Shown here: positions 1 through 14,900 of the stretch, in pieces
Position numbering within the stretch: position 1 is the stretch's first letter
How the letters are laid out: each line of letters opens with the position of its first letter
DNA from: Ophelia neglecta
Taxonomy: Eukaryota
Direction: 5' to 3'
Length of the DNA stretch: 64,000 nucleotides
Assembly (NCBI GenBank): GCA_965285935.1
Contig: OZ260663.1
Location: forward strand, 52,452,001 to 52,516,000
The notes under the pieces: generated by a model
What the model saw: only the letters and a program-made list of their open reading frames with translations
Told to the model about the DNA's origin: nothing
Database searches by the model: none
Made by a program: the position numbers and the translations under genes

Positions 1-120
1 AAATAGAAATGCCAAAGAAGGAGAATGCTGAACTGTCAGGTCTCGCTCTAACAGAAGACATCCCTATGGGTGACATCGCAGTCTGGATTGATCCCTTGGA
101 TGCCACCCAGGAGTATACGG
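1..120 (+). CDS. IMPAD1: IMPAD1/BPNT2 (Golgi PAP phosphatase, inositol monophosphatase family) internal exon, 5' boundary uncertain or outside the window
   Basis: Encodes ...DIAVWIDPLDATQEYT, the IMPase-family metal-binding motif in its IMPAD1-type form (DPLDATQEY). The frame is open from position 3. Donor G|GTACAT at 120/121, phase 1. Confidence 0.9.
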
Positions 121-503
121 GTACATGTATTTGTGATTACATAGTAAACTGCAAAGGGAAAACCCATATATATTGTATGTTCTTGATGGCAAATAGTGAT
201 CAGGGCTTTAAATTTTGAATTAAGAACTCGTATGATTTTAAGTTATCTGAAAGCTTCCCACTACACTGAATAGTATAATGATATTGAAATTTTTTATTAA
301 ATTTATTAGTATAAAAAAGGTAAAGTTCCCAGGCTCCCCTCCCCCCAACCCCAAGTTCTGAATTTTTACCCCCTGAAAAGAAGGAAATAATTTCCCAGAG
401 TGATGCAGGATGTAACAAGTGTTACAATAGACCACTATTATGTGTGTAAAAACCTGACTACAGGATGGTCTGTGACAAAGCAGATTCTGCCAAAATACAC
501 ATA

Positions 504-681
504 CAGTAAACCTGTGTTTGTGGTCACCTGTGTAATAAGGTCACCTGACTACTAAGGTCACTATATAATAACCCAATCCCCATTTATGCCTGTGTTAATT
601 GACCTGCCTGTTAAGGTCACCTATTTAATGTGGCCAGTTTTTTCCATTCTCTTGACTGACCTGATAAGACAGGTTTCACTG
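504..681. mobile_element. Tc1/mariner-pogo-like MITE (178 bp) in an IMPAD1 intron
   Basis: TA|CAGTAAACCTGT ... ACAGGTTTCACTG|TA: TIRs differing by one indel, with TA target duplication. Internal AAGGTCAC(CT) repeats. Confidence 0.7.
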
Positions 682-1059
682 TAGTTGTAGCAATGTAGTT
701 GGCTCAGTGATGTGGCTTGTATATGTGTTGATAAAGGAACATTGCTTTTCAAACTTTTAAATGTAATTTGAATGAATTTGAGGTCTAGTTTATTTCATAT
801 ATTACTGCATATAAAAATAATATTATAAACTGTTAAAACTATCTGATGCATTGTGTGTCGGTTTATAAACAAAGTTTTATTAACAAAATCAATTGAATAA
901 AGAAAAACACAAAATAAAAAAATAAAAAATCAGCAGTTTTTCCATTTATTTTTGATTTGACATTTTCAAATTATGGCACCACTGTTTGACAGATATATTG
1001 ATGATCCCAATGGGAGTGGGGCCTGTTTGTTTTCTAAATGCCTTGTTATTTCCTTTCAG

Positions 1060-1155
1060 AAAATCTTCTGGACTATGTTACAACCATGGTTTGTGTGGCA
1101 GTGAAAGGGAAGCCAACTATAGGCATCATACATAAACCCTTCAAAAAGGAAACTG
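1060..1155 (+). CDS. IMPAD1: IMPAD1/BPNT2 internal exon (96 nt)
   Basis: Acceptor tttcctttcag| and donor G|GTATGT, phase 1-1. Translates (E)[31 protein letters not shown], matching the IMPAD1 [14 protein letters not shown] segment. Not in the ORF track. Confidence 0.93.
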
Positions 1156-1787
1156 GTATGTAATGTTAATCTAGTAATTAGTATGGAAAACCATAGACAA
1201 AAAGCATCTTTGGTCGAAGCATAATTTATCATTTTGTCCAATGTGATGTGTATGTATTGATGTAAGTCTGGCTGTGGTTTGTCAAGACAAATTTATGTGA
1301 GAAGCATGTCCTAGGCTATTTTATAAACTTTATTGAATATGTATTTCAAATAGCTGGTGGTGAATGCTTCTAAAATATGTACTAGATCATTCATAAACTA
1401 GCAGAGGAACTGGTGGAAACAATCTGGTTTTAACTGAAGCAAATGTGTTACTCTTCTTTATTTGGGTAGTAAGTCTCTCTAAATGAATGGGGTGCATCAA
1501 CTTAAGAGACGATATATTGTGATTCAGCTGGCATTGTCAGATTAGACCAAACCCATTTCTTGAAGATCCAGAATGGAAAGGAGAGAAATTGATTTCTTTG
1601 ACAGACAACCAGATATACATGTGGACAGGGCTATTGACTAACTCTGTATATAGCAGGAGCATGCATTTCCAATTATCTTGTGGTCCCTTATTTTGAATTT
1701 AATCATAACATTTTATGTGTTTCATTCAATGGCATTAAGTTTCACCTAAAAACAGACCTACTTATGCAGTATATGTATTTTTTATAG

Positions 1788-1964
1788 CGTGGGCCTATGT
1801 AGGTTCTGGACATTCCTCCAATCTGAAGCCAGCCAAAGATCTAGCACACAAGGAAGGGGACCCTTACAAAATTATAGTATCTCGATCACATGCCGGGAAG
1901 GTTGAACCTGTAATAAAAAAAAGTCTTGGAGATAAAACAGATGTCATACCAGCAGGAGGAGCAG
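1788..1964 (+). CDS. IMPAD1: IMPAD1/BPNT2 internal exon (177 nt)
   Basis: Acceptor ttttttatag| and donor CAG|GTACAG, phase 1-1. Translates (A)WAYVGSGHSSNLKP...IIVSRSHAGKV...VIPAGGA, with the family-typical SRSH and PAGGAG motifs. Confidence 0.92.
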
Positions 1965-3313
1965 GTACAGTGCTATTCATATGTACTTAACTTTAATCAG
2001 CTTATTTTCAAGCTGATTGTATGTGTAACTAATTCTCTACCTGTCTAAAAGGGGTACTAGACCGGTTGACGAGGGCTTCACACATGGGTGAGTATTTGTC
2101 GTAGATCCTCATAGTAGTATAACCTGCTACCTCTTATCAGAATTTCATGACATTCTGGTTTTACTGCAGCCGAATCAGAACTCCAGTACAAAGTTCTAAA
2201 AATCCAGTGGTCAATAATGGCATTATCACTTGGAAGACATAATTATATGAAGAACAGGTTGTAAAAGGTCATATATGTTGATCTATCAGGAAAAAGTAAT
2301 TATATTGTGTTCCATGAGTCAGTACATTTGTTTTACTGTTATATTTGGGTTTATCTTCTGCTATGTCCTCCTCCACCCCTGTAGATATAGCTGACGCCAA
2401 GTGACACCTTGGCCATGGACATTTTAAGCACATATTGTGACTAGTACTTAAAGTAGTCTTTAAGACACTGCTAGATATAGTATGCAAGTTGAACAATGCA
2501 GCTTGTGAAGAAATTGCAATAGAAAGTCTTGTTATAGCTAGAAACTTGTATTGAGAAGGATACCTCAACTATAGATACCCATGTCCCATGAACTGATTAA
2601 CTTTAGGACAGAATTTGATAATATTTAGTTGCCCTGATATGAACCCAAACTAGAAATGATATTATCAACTGACAGGCACTGGCAGTACATATTAAAATAA
2701 GCTGAGGAGCTCTTTGGTCATGAAAATAGGAATGACATCAATTGGTGCCTTTCAGGTGAGCGACAATAGGTGATGATGTCATTCCTGTCTTGGCTTGACG
2801 AAAATGCTCCCTGACCTTTTTTAGTACGCAATGCCCATCAGTGATCACCCATGCAGTATAACCTCTTGAGTCTAGTAGTTGGAGCTTAAAGACTATATCA
2901 ATGGGAGAATAGAGAAAAGCCTATGCTGTGATTCCAGTAGTGGCATAAGATTAGAAATAATGTCACCCAACTTCCCCTCAGTAATTAGTTGTAAACAGGA
3001 CTAACTTCTTTATTAGCTGAATTAAGAGATGATAAGGAAATGATTATCAAATGTTATCAAATTTGCCTTGATGTATAGTTTTTCAAAGGTCAAAACATTA
3101 AAAACAGAAGAAGTTTGTGAAATCTCACAGGTTTCAGTACATCAGGCATTTCATAATTGTAATTTATGTGAGCAATAAAGAAAAATGCCATGTTTAAAAT
3201 CTAGATCATGTTAGAATTGATTAATCAGTAGAAAATAATTCAGTTTAAGGAAATGTTGCTAAAACACTGTTTTTTTCTCAGCATTCATTTACTAAATATG
3301 TGTATTTTTATAG

Positions 3314-3582
3314 GGTTTAAGACCTGGGAAGTGATCAAGGGTTCAGCTGATGCTTATGTCCATGTGACGAGGATAAAAAAGTGGGATATTTGTGCTGGGA
3401 ATGCCATCATCAATGCTGTAAGTGGTAAAATGACAACCCTAAAAGGGGACACCATCGATTACTCGGCTGCGGGCGGCTCTGCCAATGATGATGGCCTGCT
3501 TGCCACTCTCACAGACCATAAAAAGTTTTTAGATGCTTTTGGGCCATCTTATGAAGAATTAAGGAAGACTGATTCTCACTAA
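3314..3582 (+). CDS. IMPAD1: IMPAD1/BPNT2 last coding exon
   Basis: Acceptor tttttatag|, phase 1. Translates (G)FKTWEVIKGSADAYVHVTRIKKWDICAGNAII...TTLKG...GLLA...DSH*, containing the IMPase KWDxCAG motif. TAA stop at 3580-3582. Confidence 0.93.
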
Positions 3583-4912
3583 CAGGTGTAGCTATCATTG
3601 ACAATTGTGAACTATGACATCTAGTTTAGCTCTTGACCTGATAACTTATCTTTTTACATTTCTGATGAAGATTCTTAATATACATGCACTGAATTGGTAA
3701 AAGGTTTGTGTGGGTATAAATTCGCAGATTTTGCAAAAAACCAATTGGTTGTGAAATTAAAACTTCCTGTAAAGCCTGTAAAATGTCATAGTTTTTACAT
3801 TGAGTATTCATATTTGATTTAAAATCATTATTTTTTATGTCAACCTCTTGGATAAAAATGGTGAAATGTGCCCTTAGGTCACTCTTTTCCAAACAAATAT
3901 TGTGGCCATCGTAAGGCCCCCAAAATAAATAATAAGTTTAGCGACAACGAGTGCGCTTTTACCATCAAGCCGGAAAAGGAACAAAAAAACTTGGAGCGTA
4001 ATAAAACAAATATCTTTTTGCTGATAGATCTAGAATGTTTTTTAGGGGGTGGGGAACTTTAACCTGGAGGATGTAAAAGGCTGTGTGGCTCCCAGGCTCC
4101 CCTATGGAATGTGATGTGTATCCCACATGCCCTGGAGATCCTTGTTAGGTGATAACCGGGGTCTGGACTCCACGGACCTCTTTCCCCTCTCTTTGTCTAC
4201 TAAATCTTAGATCGGTTAATTTTAGCAGCTGCAGCTGATTTTGGTGTGGTTTGAGTATTAACTTGTCCTGCTGGCAGGATGCTAGAAGATTAAATATTCT
4301 AGTTTCCTGTAATTGATAATAATTGATTTGAATAGAACAGAAAATCTGAAGTAGAATCTTACTGCTTGATTCAGATGAAGTATACCGACACATATTCCTT
4401 GACACTGTGCATTGCATTCAATATGTTTCTAAAAATGGAAAGATTTTATTTGGATTTCTTAATTATTCTTGAACATTATTCTTGTATAAGCTCCTGGGGT
4501 ATCCATGTCTTAAAATACCAGTGTGGAATCTCAATAAAAAAGATAAAATAACAAAAAAATACCTATAATTAGAACAATTATATTATTCATATACACTATC
4601 ATTCCATACATGTTCCTGACATCATACTACTTACAGTGCAAGTTGTTTCTTAAAAGATTAGTGTTCATACATATCATCAGTGCTCATTACCTTTGTCAGA
4701 GATTTATATGTTTATTAGTTATACATGTCTCTGTTATACAATAATATGTACATGTAAGTGGTACAGTGGGCATTTTGATGTGTGTGTTTCTGTTAAATCA
4801 TTCTGTTAAATCTAGAATTGTAACTTTATGTTTTAATAAGGGAAATTGAATTTGAGGCCAAGGAAAAAAATTGCAAATTGGCAAATGTAGATCATGCCTA
4901 TCCATCGGCTAC

Positions 4913-5004
4913 TGTCTATTGGCCACTATCAATAATATAGGTCCATTAATCGGTGTCCATTGGTCACTGTCCATTGTCCCCTGTCCATGGGTCCATTGTC
5001 TGTC
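4913..5004. repeat. Short-period TGTCCATTG-type repeat downstream of the IMPAD1 stop
   Basis: Six or so variants of (T)GTCCATTG within about 90 bp. Confidence 0.55.
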
Positions 5005-5844
5005 AGCATGATAATAGGCCTCTAGATACCATGTAAAATACTTAAATCCTATCCTAAAGACACCAACTCTTGCAGACACCATTGTGTCAGTGTAAAAACT
5101 ATGTTATTACATATCGTGTATGTAACTACCATTATTATAAGACTTAACAAGGTGTTATAACATGAGTTTCTTATCTATCCCATGACCTGCATTCCTACCA
5201 CTTTATTATTCTTCCTGAAATCCCCAAATCTTTCTGAATATTTCCAATCTTGTCCCTAACATGTTTACTATTTGAAGTTAGAGTTAGTTTGACTTTAGAT
5301 CTCATATTGCATAATAAACATATATTAATATCGTGGTACATACTAACAAACCAGTGGCTTTCCCCTACTACATGTACAGGTTAATGTTTTTGGCTGTCGG
5401 ATACCTTATTTCAATGTGTGATATCAATTGGAATCCATAAACCAAAAACTTACTTGAATTTGTTTTAAATGTCTTGGGTGCATCAATAATATATAATTTT
5501 GTGTTTGAAAGGTAACATTTCTGTTTGGTTGAATATATTATTTAGTAGAATATTATTTGTGGCATTGTGACTGGTATTAAAGTAAAGAGTTTACACTGTT
5601 GTAGTCTGTTTTCTCTCCCTGTAATGGATGTGGCTATTTAGAAAGGAGGTATGTCGGAAATTTACTGTTTTTGTTTCTTCGTGTATACAGAGTATAATAA
5701 GTTGTATTTAATGCAAATTTGGCTTCATCTAAATTTAAAGGTTCATGACATTTGGTTCAGTTCAATACACAAGGTCAGGTACCACATTGTCACTTTATTA
5801 CGATGCAGTAAATGTTCTTTTCTGTCGGGATGATGTGTTTGATA

Positions 5845-5850
5845 AATAAA
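5845..5850 (+). terminator. Candidate poly(A) signal of IMPAD1
   Basis: AATAAA followed about 25 nt later by a GU/U-rich tract (ggtttttgttc). Other AATAAA hexamers occur near 4533, 5313 and 5903, so the true site is uncertain. Confidence 0.35.
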
Positions 5851-8800
5851 ATTTGTATATACCCTGTAGCTGGTTTTTGTTCTACCTGCTTTAAATATTG
5901 GGAATAAATGCAAGGAACTTATGTTAGAACGGTCATGCCGACTTCACTGATAGTACTACTATTTACCTGTATAGCTTCTAAAGGGCTGGAGTCACATCTA
6001 TCATATCTTAAAAACCTGCACAAGTCTCTACTCAATTTCTACTCGGTCAGATATGGAATAGTTTTGCTGTAACTAATTCAACTGGACAAATCGTCACGAC
6101 TAATCTTTATAGAATAATGCACGTAAAATACTACAACTTGAAATCTTAGTTTTGTATTTTGCACTAGTAGCTTATCTTTATAGCCATTCACAAACTGACC
6201 AAATATCCAAATATGGTCAGAACACTTCCAGGGAAGAGGTGCCTTCTCACCATCTCACTTTCCTTTTATTTTCATGATGTTATGAAATGAAAGTGACGTA
6301 AATTGTTTGTGTTGCATGATGGCCGCCAGACTTTACAATGTTGTAAAAATAATATAAATTCATTTAATTCCATTGGACTTGGCTTCCTTTGGCTTACTGT
6401 GAAATATTTAGATTTGGATTAGTGAGAAATATTTAGTTTTGGACTTAATTCACCTCTTGCAAGCCAAGCAAGTCAATGCAGAAAGTCATTTAAAAACAAA
6501 CATTATTATTCTCTGAGAAACCACCATTACAATAAATACATCGGTCACAAGTCTGATACAGCTGATCAACTACAATATAACACACAGTTTCAAAGTGCAT
6601 CCTAATAAAGTTGAATACTGGCTTGAATTTTACAAAAGTTTTATGTACAATCGTACAGCAGCTGGATGTGCTATGATACAACAATTAGCTCAGTAGATCA
6701 GTTTGCCAAACACATTGTATGTCTTGACAAGATTAGGAACCTGTTGAATGTCAATTTAATAAATAATAACACTCAATTTTTTTGAAAGTCTTGCTGAAAA
6801 AACTGAAACGTAATCCGAAAAAACAGCAGGAAAATATTGAGATTTAAGATTTTCTATCAAAAAAGCAATGAGAAAATTATACTAAAAATTGATGGTCAAT
6901 GTGGGATTTTTTGGAAGAACGTGCTTAATATGGGCAATAACACGCCTGCACACCAGAATACAAACACTGGGATGGATCGATGGGACAAAGCAACATTTTG
7001 AAACAAGAATAATCCATTTAAGCGTGGTCTAACTCATTCGCGCCTATTTTTTATCACAGTCGGTATGCCCCATATCATGCGAATCTGGGGCGAAACAAGT
7101 GAACCAGTTGTCAACGTAGGATAGACATGAAATATGCCCTTGGAGAGTCTATGATGGTTTTATGCTCGGTCGTAATTTATAGACAAAGGATGAAATTAAC
7201 TCAATGAACAAAGACAAGGGAAGGGTATAAAAGGTCCTTGCATATAATTTCAAAACCTCTGATTTAATAATCGTTAGGCCTATGGATATTTGGTAGATGA
7301 AGAAAATGCAAAGCTTTAATCGGAACTAAGAAGTGGAAAGTAGTTACCTGGTGGGAGCTTCTGCCCTTTTGTAGATCACCTGTTCAGTTTGACGTGGGGT
7401 AACTTTCGTTTGACTTGGGTGCAAGTTTCTAAATAACTGACACAGGAATGGGAATTCTAAATATCAAAAAACGGGCATTTTCCAAATTTGAAGTATAACA
7501 CACGCTTTGAGGACGTGTTGAAATCGCTTCATCGGGCTTAGGAGAGTCGGAATGCAATCAATGACTCTCTTGTGGACTGCTCATGTGCAGGTTTTTGTTT
7601 CAACATCTATAAGCAGTAAAAAGACTGCAATAACTCTAGGTGATACCCTAAGGCTAGCGGCCATATATGTGCATATGCCTCGTACTAATATCAGCTCATA
7701 ATTTTTATGCAGATGCACGTGTTCACTTTAACACTCTCGAGGAGATTTAATGCCAATTTATCAAAATATTTCGCACTCCTTGAGGACTTTTAAGAGTTCT
7801 ACATAGGATTCCTCCAGTCCTTAGAATAGTCAATATACTATTGAGTGGCCCGTTCCGCTCACTCTAGGCTAGGAGCCATGAGCTTCGTAATGACAGAGCA
7901 TCATATTTGCAGTTACATGTGTTTATTCAAAATAAAATTGTGGTTAGTTCACTTTACATTATGAACGTATAGCACTATCGAGAGTTCATACTACTATTCT
8001 CTGCTTTTAATTTAGTATGCAGGGACCTTTTACATCCTTCTCTGGTCCTGTGATTATCTCGAGACAAATTCGTCCATTATTTCACAATTAAGAGACATTT
8101 TTCCATGCTTTATATCTCCTAGGGCATATTACATTTCATTGCGAGAGAATCATTAATTTCGTAGCAAGCTAATTCAAAGTTAGATACTTGAACATTGATG
8201 TTTTTGGGCGTGCAGCAGACGGTTCCCGATTAATTCTGACCGAATTAATTGAGTATGCGCGATAAAAGATATTGGTTTATATCCACTCGCGTTAAATATA
8301 ATTGTCCAATGGTTGTTATTTTATGTTCCAAAGGCTAGATGTTTGTCTTATACGTCCACTTTGCTGTCAATGCACAGTACATTTTTAAAACCCTGCTTTA
8401 CTTACTTTGTAGATGTTTGTGTCGATGTAAATTTACAAAACTATTCTTATACTCTTGAAAATCTAGAAAATACACTAATACATATTGTATTCTTTTCATA
8501 TCAGGAAACCACTAATCCTCTATTTAGAAAGCTAAAATGAGTAAATATGAATTGCAGTGAAAACAACAAATTTATACTTTTTTTTACTTGAACGGAAAGT
8601 TTGTTGCCGGTTATTTTTAATGTTTGGTAGAGTAAAAATCAGCATTTGTCATCATTCAAAGCATTAGTCACCAGTCTACGTTTATGAGTTCCGGACTTTG
8701 GTTTGAAAATTAAGCAGGCATCTGTAAGGTACCATGGGGTCAAAATGTAAAATAATATTAGTGATTACTATCAATCAATGTCAGTGATTCTCCTTAAAAA

Positions 8801-11800
8801 AAACTATCATTGCTCATCTCACTTAGCCATTTTGACTCTGTGTTTTGGTTTTATTCTTTGTCTTGCTCCTTTATCAATTTCGCTTTGGTAGCTTTTTTTT
8901 TGTGGTGGCTGGAAGTGTTTTTTAATACCAAGGTCACAGTCTGCACTCGTCTTAAATTTTATTATTTTGTTTACAATATTATATTTAATATAATGTAGCA
9001 CATTCACCTTGGGTTGTTCAGCTCGTTGTGCCATATCAAAATATCGTTTTGTATTTTAGACATGTTTTTTTTTATAATTATTTGTTAATATTAGTAGTAA
9101 TTATAAACATCGTTTGAATTGTATATACGGAATAGAACAATTGACTGTGGAAGGAAAAGGTATGTGGCTGTTTAGCGGTAGCAGCTCTAAACATCCTGAC
9201 AAAAATCTTGAAAATACTACAAGCATTAATAGTATTAATATTAGATATAGTCTATTCATTTTTCAACGCATGTTATATGACTCCGAATTAGCTACATATC
9301 TTGAGTAATACCTTGTTGACATTTAAGTACCCGACTGGATTCAATCTCCTTATCTAAATATGTTACATTTTTATCTCAGTGACAGTTTTGTTTCACCAGT
9401 GAGTCCGTTGGCAACACCAAATATATCACTGTTCTGTATAAATAGCATATTTGCAGTTGATGATGCGTTATATGACCTTGAATTTGATAAGCCAAAGTCA
9501 CTGTTAATGTCACCGTCAGAAATGGAAGCTTATGATTTCCTATTAGCTCACCATTAAATCCGTAGTACTTTCTAGGAAAATGTTTTTTTTCGTACAGGCG
9601 AATACAATGCACGTGTGGGTCCACTTTTTAATCCAGGCCAATTTACAGATTTGAGGACACAAAAAGTCATGATCGCCTTCCCATTACGTGTTTATTTCAG
9701 GTTTAAGTACTTGGCAACATATAAACTAATTCATAGAATCTAATTCTAATCAAGTACTGATTATGTATATCTAAAAGCCGAAGCGTGTCACTGGAAAAAG
9801 AAGGAAACAGTATTAATAATATTTGGAACATTTACTGTTAGTTTTGATGGCCATATTTCGGCAGTTTATTAGTTTTTATTAGTTTCATTTGTAACTTCGT
9901 AAACCAGATAAAAGTCGCACTGTTTATTTATTGGTAGGTAATTTGATAAATGGATTATCAACCGAACAGACAGCAATATACTTTTTTGCTTCATTTTAAT
10001 CATGCCGAAAACGATTTTTCGTATTCAGACCAATTATTCCTGTCAAACGTGATTGCCACAAATGACTGGCTCCTCAATAAAAATTGCCTGAAAACTCGCA
10101 AGATAAAGTACACGTATAAGATGATATTATTGGTCGAAGCCACTAGCAATGTTACAATTGTGGTGTTATGATGAATGTTGGAGATTTGATGTTTATACGA
10201 TTGGTTCTAGTTGAAGGATATTTTTACCACAATGTTTATGAAAAAAAAATATATATAGTGCGCAGCTCTTTTCACGCTGGTACCCAATGCATTCTATATA
10301 AAAAAACTGATCTGTTAAATTACGTCCGTGTGAACCCGAATTGGGACGTACTAGACCTTCTGCACGTATGGATTATTTGTTTAAACTAATTTTTGTGTGG
10401 TAATAATAAAAGCGAAATGGGTTACTGTGAAAGCACAATATTTCGACGCTACGCAATTTTCATTGAATATGTTTATTTTACAAATAACTATTTTGATGTA
10501 TAACAGAACAAGTCGTTTGTTCTCCCAAGATGCGCAATTTATTGTCTATGTAAGATAGTATTGAAAACTGTTGTTGACAAACTTGTTCAGTATGTACAGT
10601 CATGGTGATTTTGTTTATGCCTACTCTGATATTTAATATATTTTACACATCCGATAACATTTTAAAGCAAACAGATAATATTCAAAACTGCTACCGTTTC
10701 ATATTTATATCGTATTAGTAAATACGAAAATGCGATTAAAAATTCGGATTGACAGTTGACGACTCACAATTATGGTCGTTATTTAATACAAATAATTGGT
10801 TAGACCTACAAGGCCCGTATAATATTGAATTTGTTCTGCGTTAAATATTCCAATATGAATTGAAATTTTAATCGTATTTGTAATGTGCAAGCACTTTTTC
10901 ATAATAATTTCACTAGTTGAAACAGAAATATATAATGAAATTTTCTATGGCTGTCTGTTAATAATAATCCAACTGAGAGCACGTGGATTGATTTCTATAC
11001 ATAGAATTATACTCGAATAAATGTCAAGCCCAGCGAGTTATGCCATCTGTCAATTTTCCTGAACGTGGTGAACATGTCTTCCCCACGTTCTAATTTCTCT
11101 ATTGGACTGTTTCACTGTCTGAAGGAGACCGCATATTTTGCCACATTGGAATTACACAGGATTATATGATGACCAAAGAGGAAGATTTAAATACATTTTA
11201 GATAATTGTATTTTCTTTTATATAAACCCAGCTTGTGAAAAATTGCATACTGACTGAAGAGTATATGAAACGATTTACATACGAATACTGCGAACGATAT
11301 CATACCTAAGAAATGTACAGTTTATTGATAGAAACAGAAATTGAGCAAGGCAATGTAGCATACATGAACACTTATATTGTACAATAATACACGGTGGGCG
11401 AACTTACACTTACTGATAATAAAACATGTAACAAGTAAAATGATAAAAAATATAATATATAATTGGTTTGCTTGTGAAAAAGGTGAGCCGATGACAAATT
11501 AAAGAAATAATGAAAACAAAACCAAGCATTTAAAAAAACTAATGAGGAATGATTCAGGTTTACCCTAAACGGACGACAGCCAGTATGCATTCTCCTACGT
11601 TTGTTATTAAGTGTTACTGATATAACTCATCCGTCAGTAAAATAAGAACTTTAACAATTGGAAAATATAAATGTATAAACCAACAAGTAAATCAATATCA
11701 AGTTAACTCGTGTAGAGTTGATACACTAGTAGTATGAAAGCTGTACTGAATCACACATTGTTATCATTTAAAACGAATCGGTATGATCAAAACAACAATT

Positions 11801-11840
11801 AAGGGTGACAAGTTTGTCATGATTGGTAGCTACAAGATGC

Positions 11841-11846
11841 TTTATT
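11841..11846 (-). terminator. Candidate distal Kv2 poly(A) signal
   Basis: AATAAA on the - strand with a downstream GU-rich tract (ttgttgttttg). A second AATAAA lies at 11321-11326. Confidence 0.3.
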
Positions 11847-11881
11847 GATTAAAATAACTTCTAAGGAAATAGCATAGAATC

Positions 11882-11906
11882 TATATATACATATATATAT
11901 ATATAT
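11882..11906. repeat. (TA)n microsatellite
   Basis: Interrupted TA run. Similar runs occur at about 14426-14467 and about 39995-40021. Confidence 0.8.
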
Positions 11907-14900
11907 GAATTATTTCACAACTTAATAGTACACGTGTACAGACATGCGGAATACACATTAAGGGACAGTTACACATTACAACTTACATCCATTATGAACT
12001 TAATGTGACACTCAATTGACATCCCGTAATACATGGAGATGTAACGAGATGATATTTTCTTCATATATAATATTAACGCTATTCAGTAGAAAATAGAAGA
12101 CATGTACAAATAGCATTTTTTATCAATACTGTAACGTATACGCAATTCAACGTGCTTAAATAAGACTTGGGACACGATTCAAATGAGTCGAGGATTATTA
12201 TCTTACAATCACTAAATGAGTCATGCAATTGTTAATCAATTTCTATACAGGAATCAACAGCGGACGAAGCACCAATACAAAAGGTAGTCGCACACATATA
12301 GACTGTTTTGTTTAACGCGAGAATTATTTCGAATAGCCAGAATTACTTCGGTCATAATTGAGCAACCAAAACTTGTTTATAATACAAGTGACTAAAAAGC
12401 TAAATTCATCGAAGTATGGTTTCACAAAACGGAGATTTATAATCTCTCTAAAAGAGGTACACTTGAGCTAGTCGCTTTGGAATACGCATCAAGTTTCTCT
12501 TAAATTTTTTTTTCTTCGGTGCAAGCTTGTAAAGGAACATTTAGGCGACGAAGAATATTATTAAATTTGAATGCCCTCTCATAACAAACAATTTTGTGAA
12601 ACAAACATCGATGTAAATATCAACCTGAATAAGTTTTAATGGCTCTGCCTCTCTACGCACTATGTACATCAGTTTTACAATGACCAGTATTGAGAAATGT
12701 GGGAACATTGTTGCGACGTTAGTGTATAGTCCTCTCAAGTCACCACATTGTTGCAATGTTAGTGTACAGTCCTATAATGTCACTACAGTGCGAACAAAAT
12801 TATGACTAGGGCAATTTTCGCAATAAAGCCTCTATTCTGTTTTTATTACAACAAAGTTGCTTTTGGCCTAATTATGTCATATGAATTGGTCAAAGTTACA
12901 GTGCTTGTAATAATTTGACCCATTACAGCATATATTTTATAGTCGACCTACATGCGTCCACTTATAAAGAAAGTACAAGTACATTTTATGTATATTCGAT
13001 ACTCATGCATCTCTCAATCGTCGCTTCCGTTATAATAATCTGACTGAAACTGTGTCAACAGCAATAATCCAGTGTGAGTTCCCAACTTTAGTAACAATCA
13101 CTTCCAGGGTATATTTGGAGTGCTCAACAAACTGTGTGGTAATCGTATTCTGGTTTGTATATTTAAACGACTGCCGTGTCTGTGAGGCTCTGGTCGAACA
13201 TATGTGATATCGTGTCCTCAAGAGAAACAGTTGATAACTTTTCCTCAATAAATTATATAATGAAGTGTCACTCTGCATAAATTGTGCGCTTTGCCGAACT
13301 ATTCGATAAATTTAACTGCGCCGAGTTCAACAGCGCAGCAGTGTATGGATCTTCAATTATTTACACGACTGACAAGTACGTGCTCTCTAACTTTATGCAC
13401 TCTAATACAAGGTTTCTATATGCTGCTATTGCTAATTGTCGCCAACCTGAAAAAAATGGAGTAATGTATCCTTTTGTATAAAGTACTTCCATTGGTGCCT
13501 TCCATTGATGATGCCGACCATATCTCATCTTGTGATACATTCATACAAACCATAACTTTTGATTGTTTGAAACAAAGTGACTTTATTTAGTGTATATGGA
13601 TAACTGTAAAGTGAGTAACGTATTCTGAAATAATTGTCCAAACTTTCTGGTCTCTCCCAATACATTCGCAATAACCATACAGGGTGTCCAGCTCGGGTGT
13701 CCAACAGACTGATAAGCTGCCGTCTATCGAATGTAGAAACCTCATCACATATACACGGATATACCTTTTGTGCAAGTTTTATCAACAATAATCTATTAAG
13801 CTTTGGAAAAGCGGTATTCTATTATAAATCTGACTTTTGAATAGCATATCTTTTCTGTTTTGTTTTTAGGTATGCCTATAGTACCTTTTACAGTAGGTAG
13901 TATGTTACGGTATGGGTTATCTACCCTGTCTGTAGCATGGCAAATTTTAAGTGAGGTTCATGGCACTGGCAGCGATTAATAATTTGAAACAACATTTGGT
14001 AGGGAGATATAAAAATAGCACGGCTGCTATGAGCGGACGGTTCAACGGCTCAATCACTCAATAAGCATACATAGACTTGTTGTTTTTGACACTGTATTTG
14101 CTAAATATAAATATTTCCTAGAGGAACGTATATAAATTGACAGAAGGTAATATCATCAACAGAAACCTTATATTATCAGTGTTTTGTTTCAACTATGTTG
14201 CATTATTTTGTGTGTATCAAAACAATTTAAAAAATGCTCAAATAAAAACATCAATATAACATATTAAATTATCTAAAGGTATTTTATAACAAACGGCACG
14301 CTTCAGTGTCAATCTCCTTGATAGGACATCTGAACGTATTGGGAACTCGTGGTTGCTGTCGCAAGATTACCTACAAACTGGTTTAAATTTGGAATTTCCT
14401 ATGAATTGAAGCTGTTTATATAGCCTATATATATATATCTATACTTATATATGCACGCACATATATAAGTAAATATACATATCCTATGAAAGAATGAGCT
14501 TTGGTTTGCAAAATCTGTTGAGCACGTTGTTTGGTACATGTTTTCCGCTTGTGCACTGATCCTGATATATAAAACAATAATTCCCGCTCCTTCAGTTATA
14601 TGTACTTGTCGAGGAAAAGTTGCATTAGTGATCTGTTGTTGACACCGGTGTTTCGCAGACGACGCTTTGCTACTCGCCAGAACGGAAGGTCGGCCATTAA
14701 TTGATGGCGGCCTGTTTTGAGCGTCCATGCAACACGTGTTCTATCTCTTTATTGATCTCCCACTTGCTGATATGCGTATTCTCGTACACAGCACCAGTTA
14801 TATCCGGACTGATCGGGAAATCAAATTGGTTTGTGCAGCACTACAGATTTTGATAATAACCTGATATTTTCCTGGCATATCATTCCATTTAGCCCTGAAA

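Noticed and set aside
121-218. C-terminal part of ORF 9-218 and N-terminal part of ORF 3253-3582
   Set aside because: These are read-through into introns. IMPAD1 similarity stops at the splice sites.
13678-13692. TACAGGGTGTCC mariner-like terminus
   Set aside because: No convincing partner inverted repeat was found nearby.
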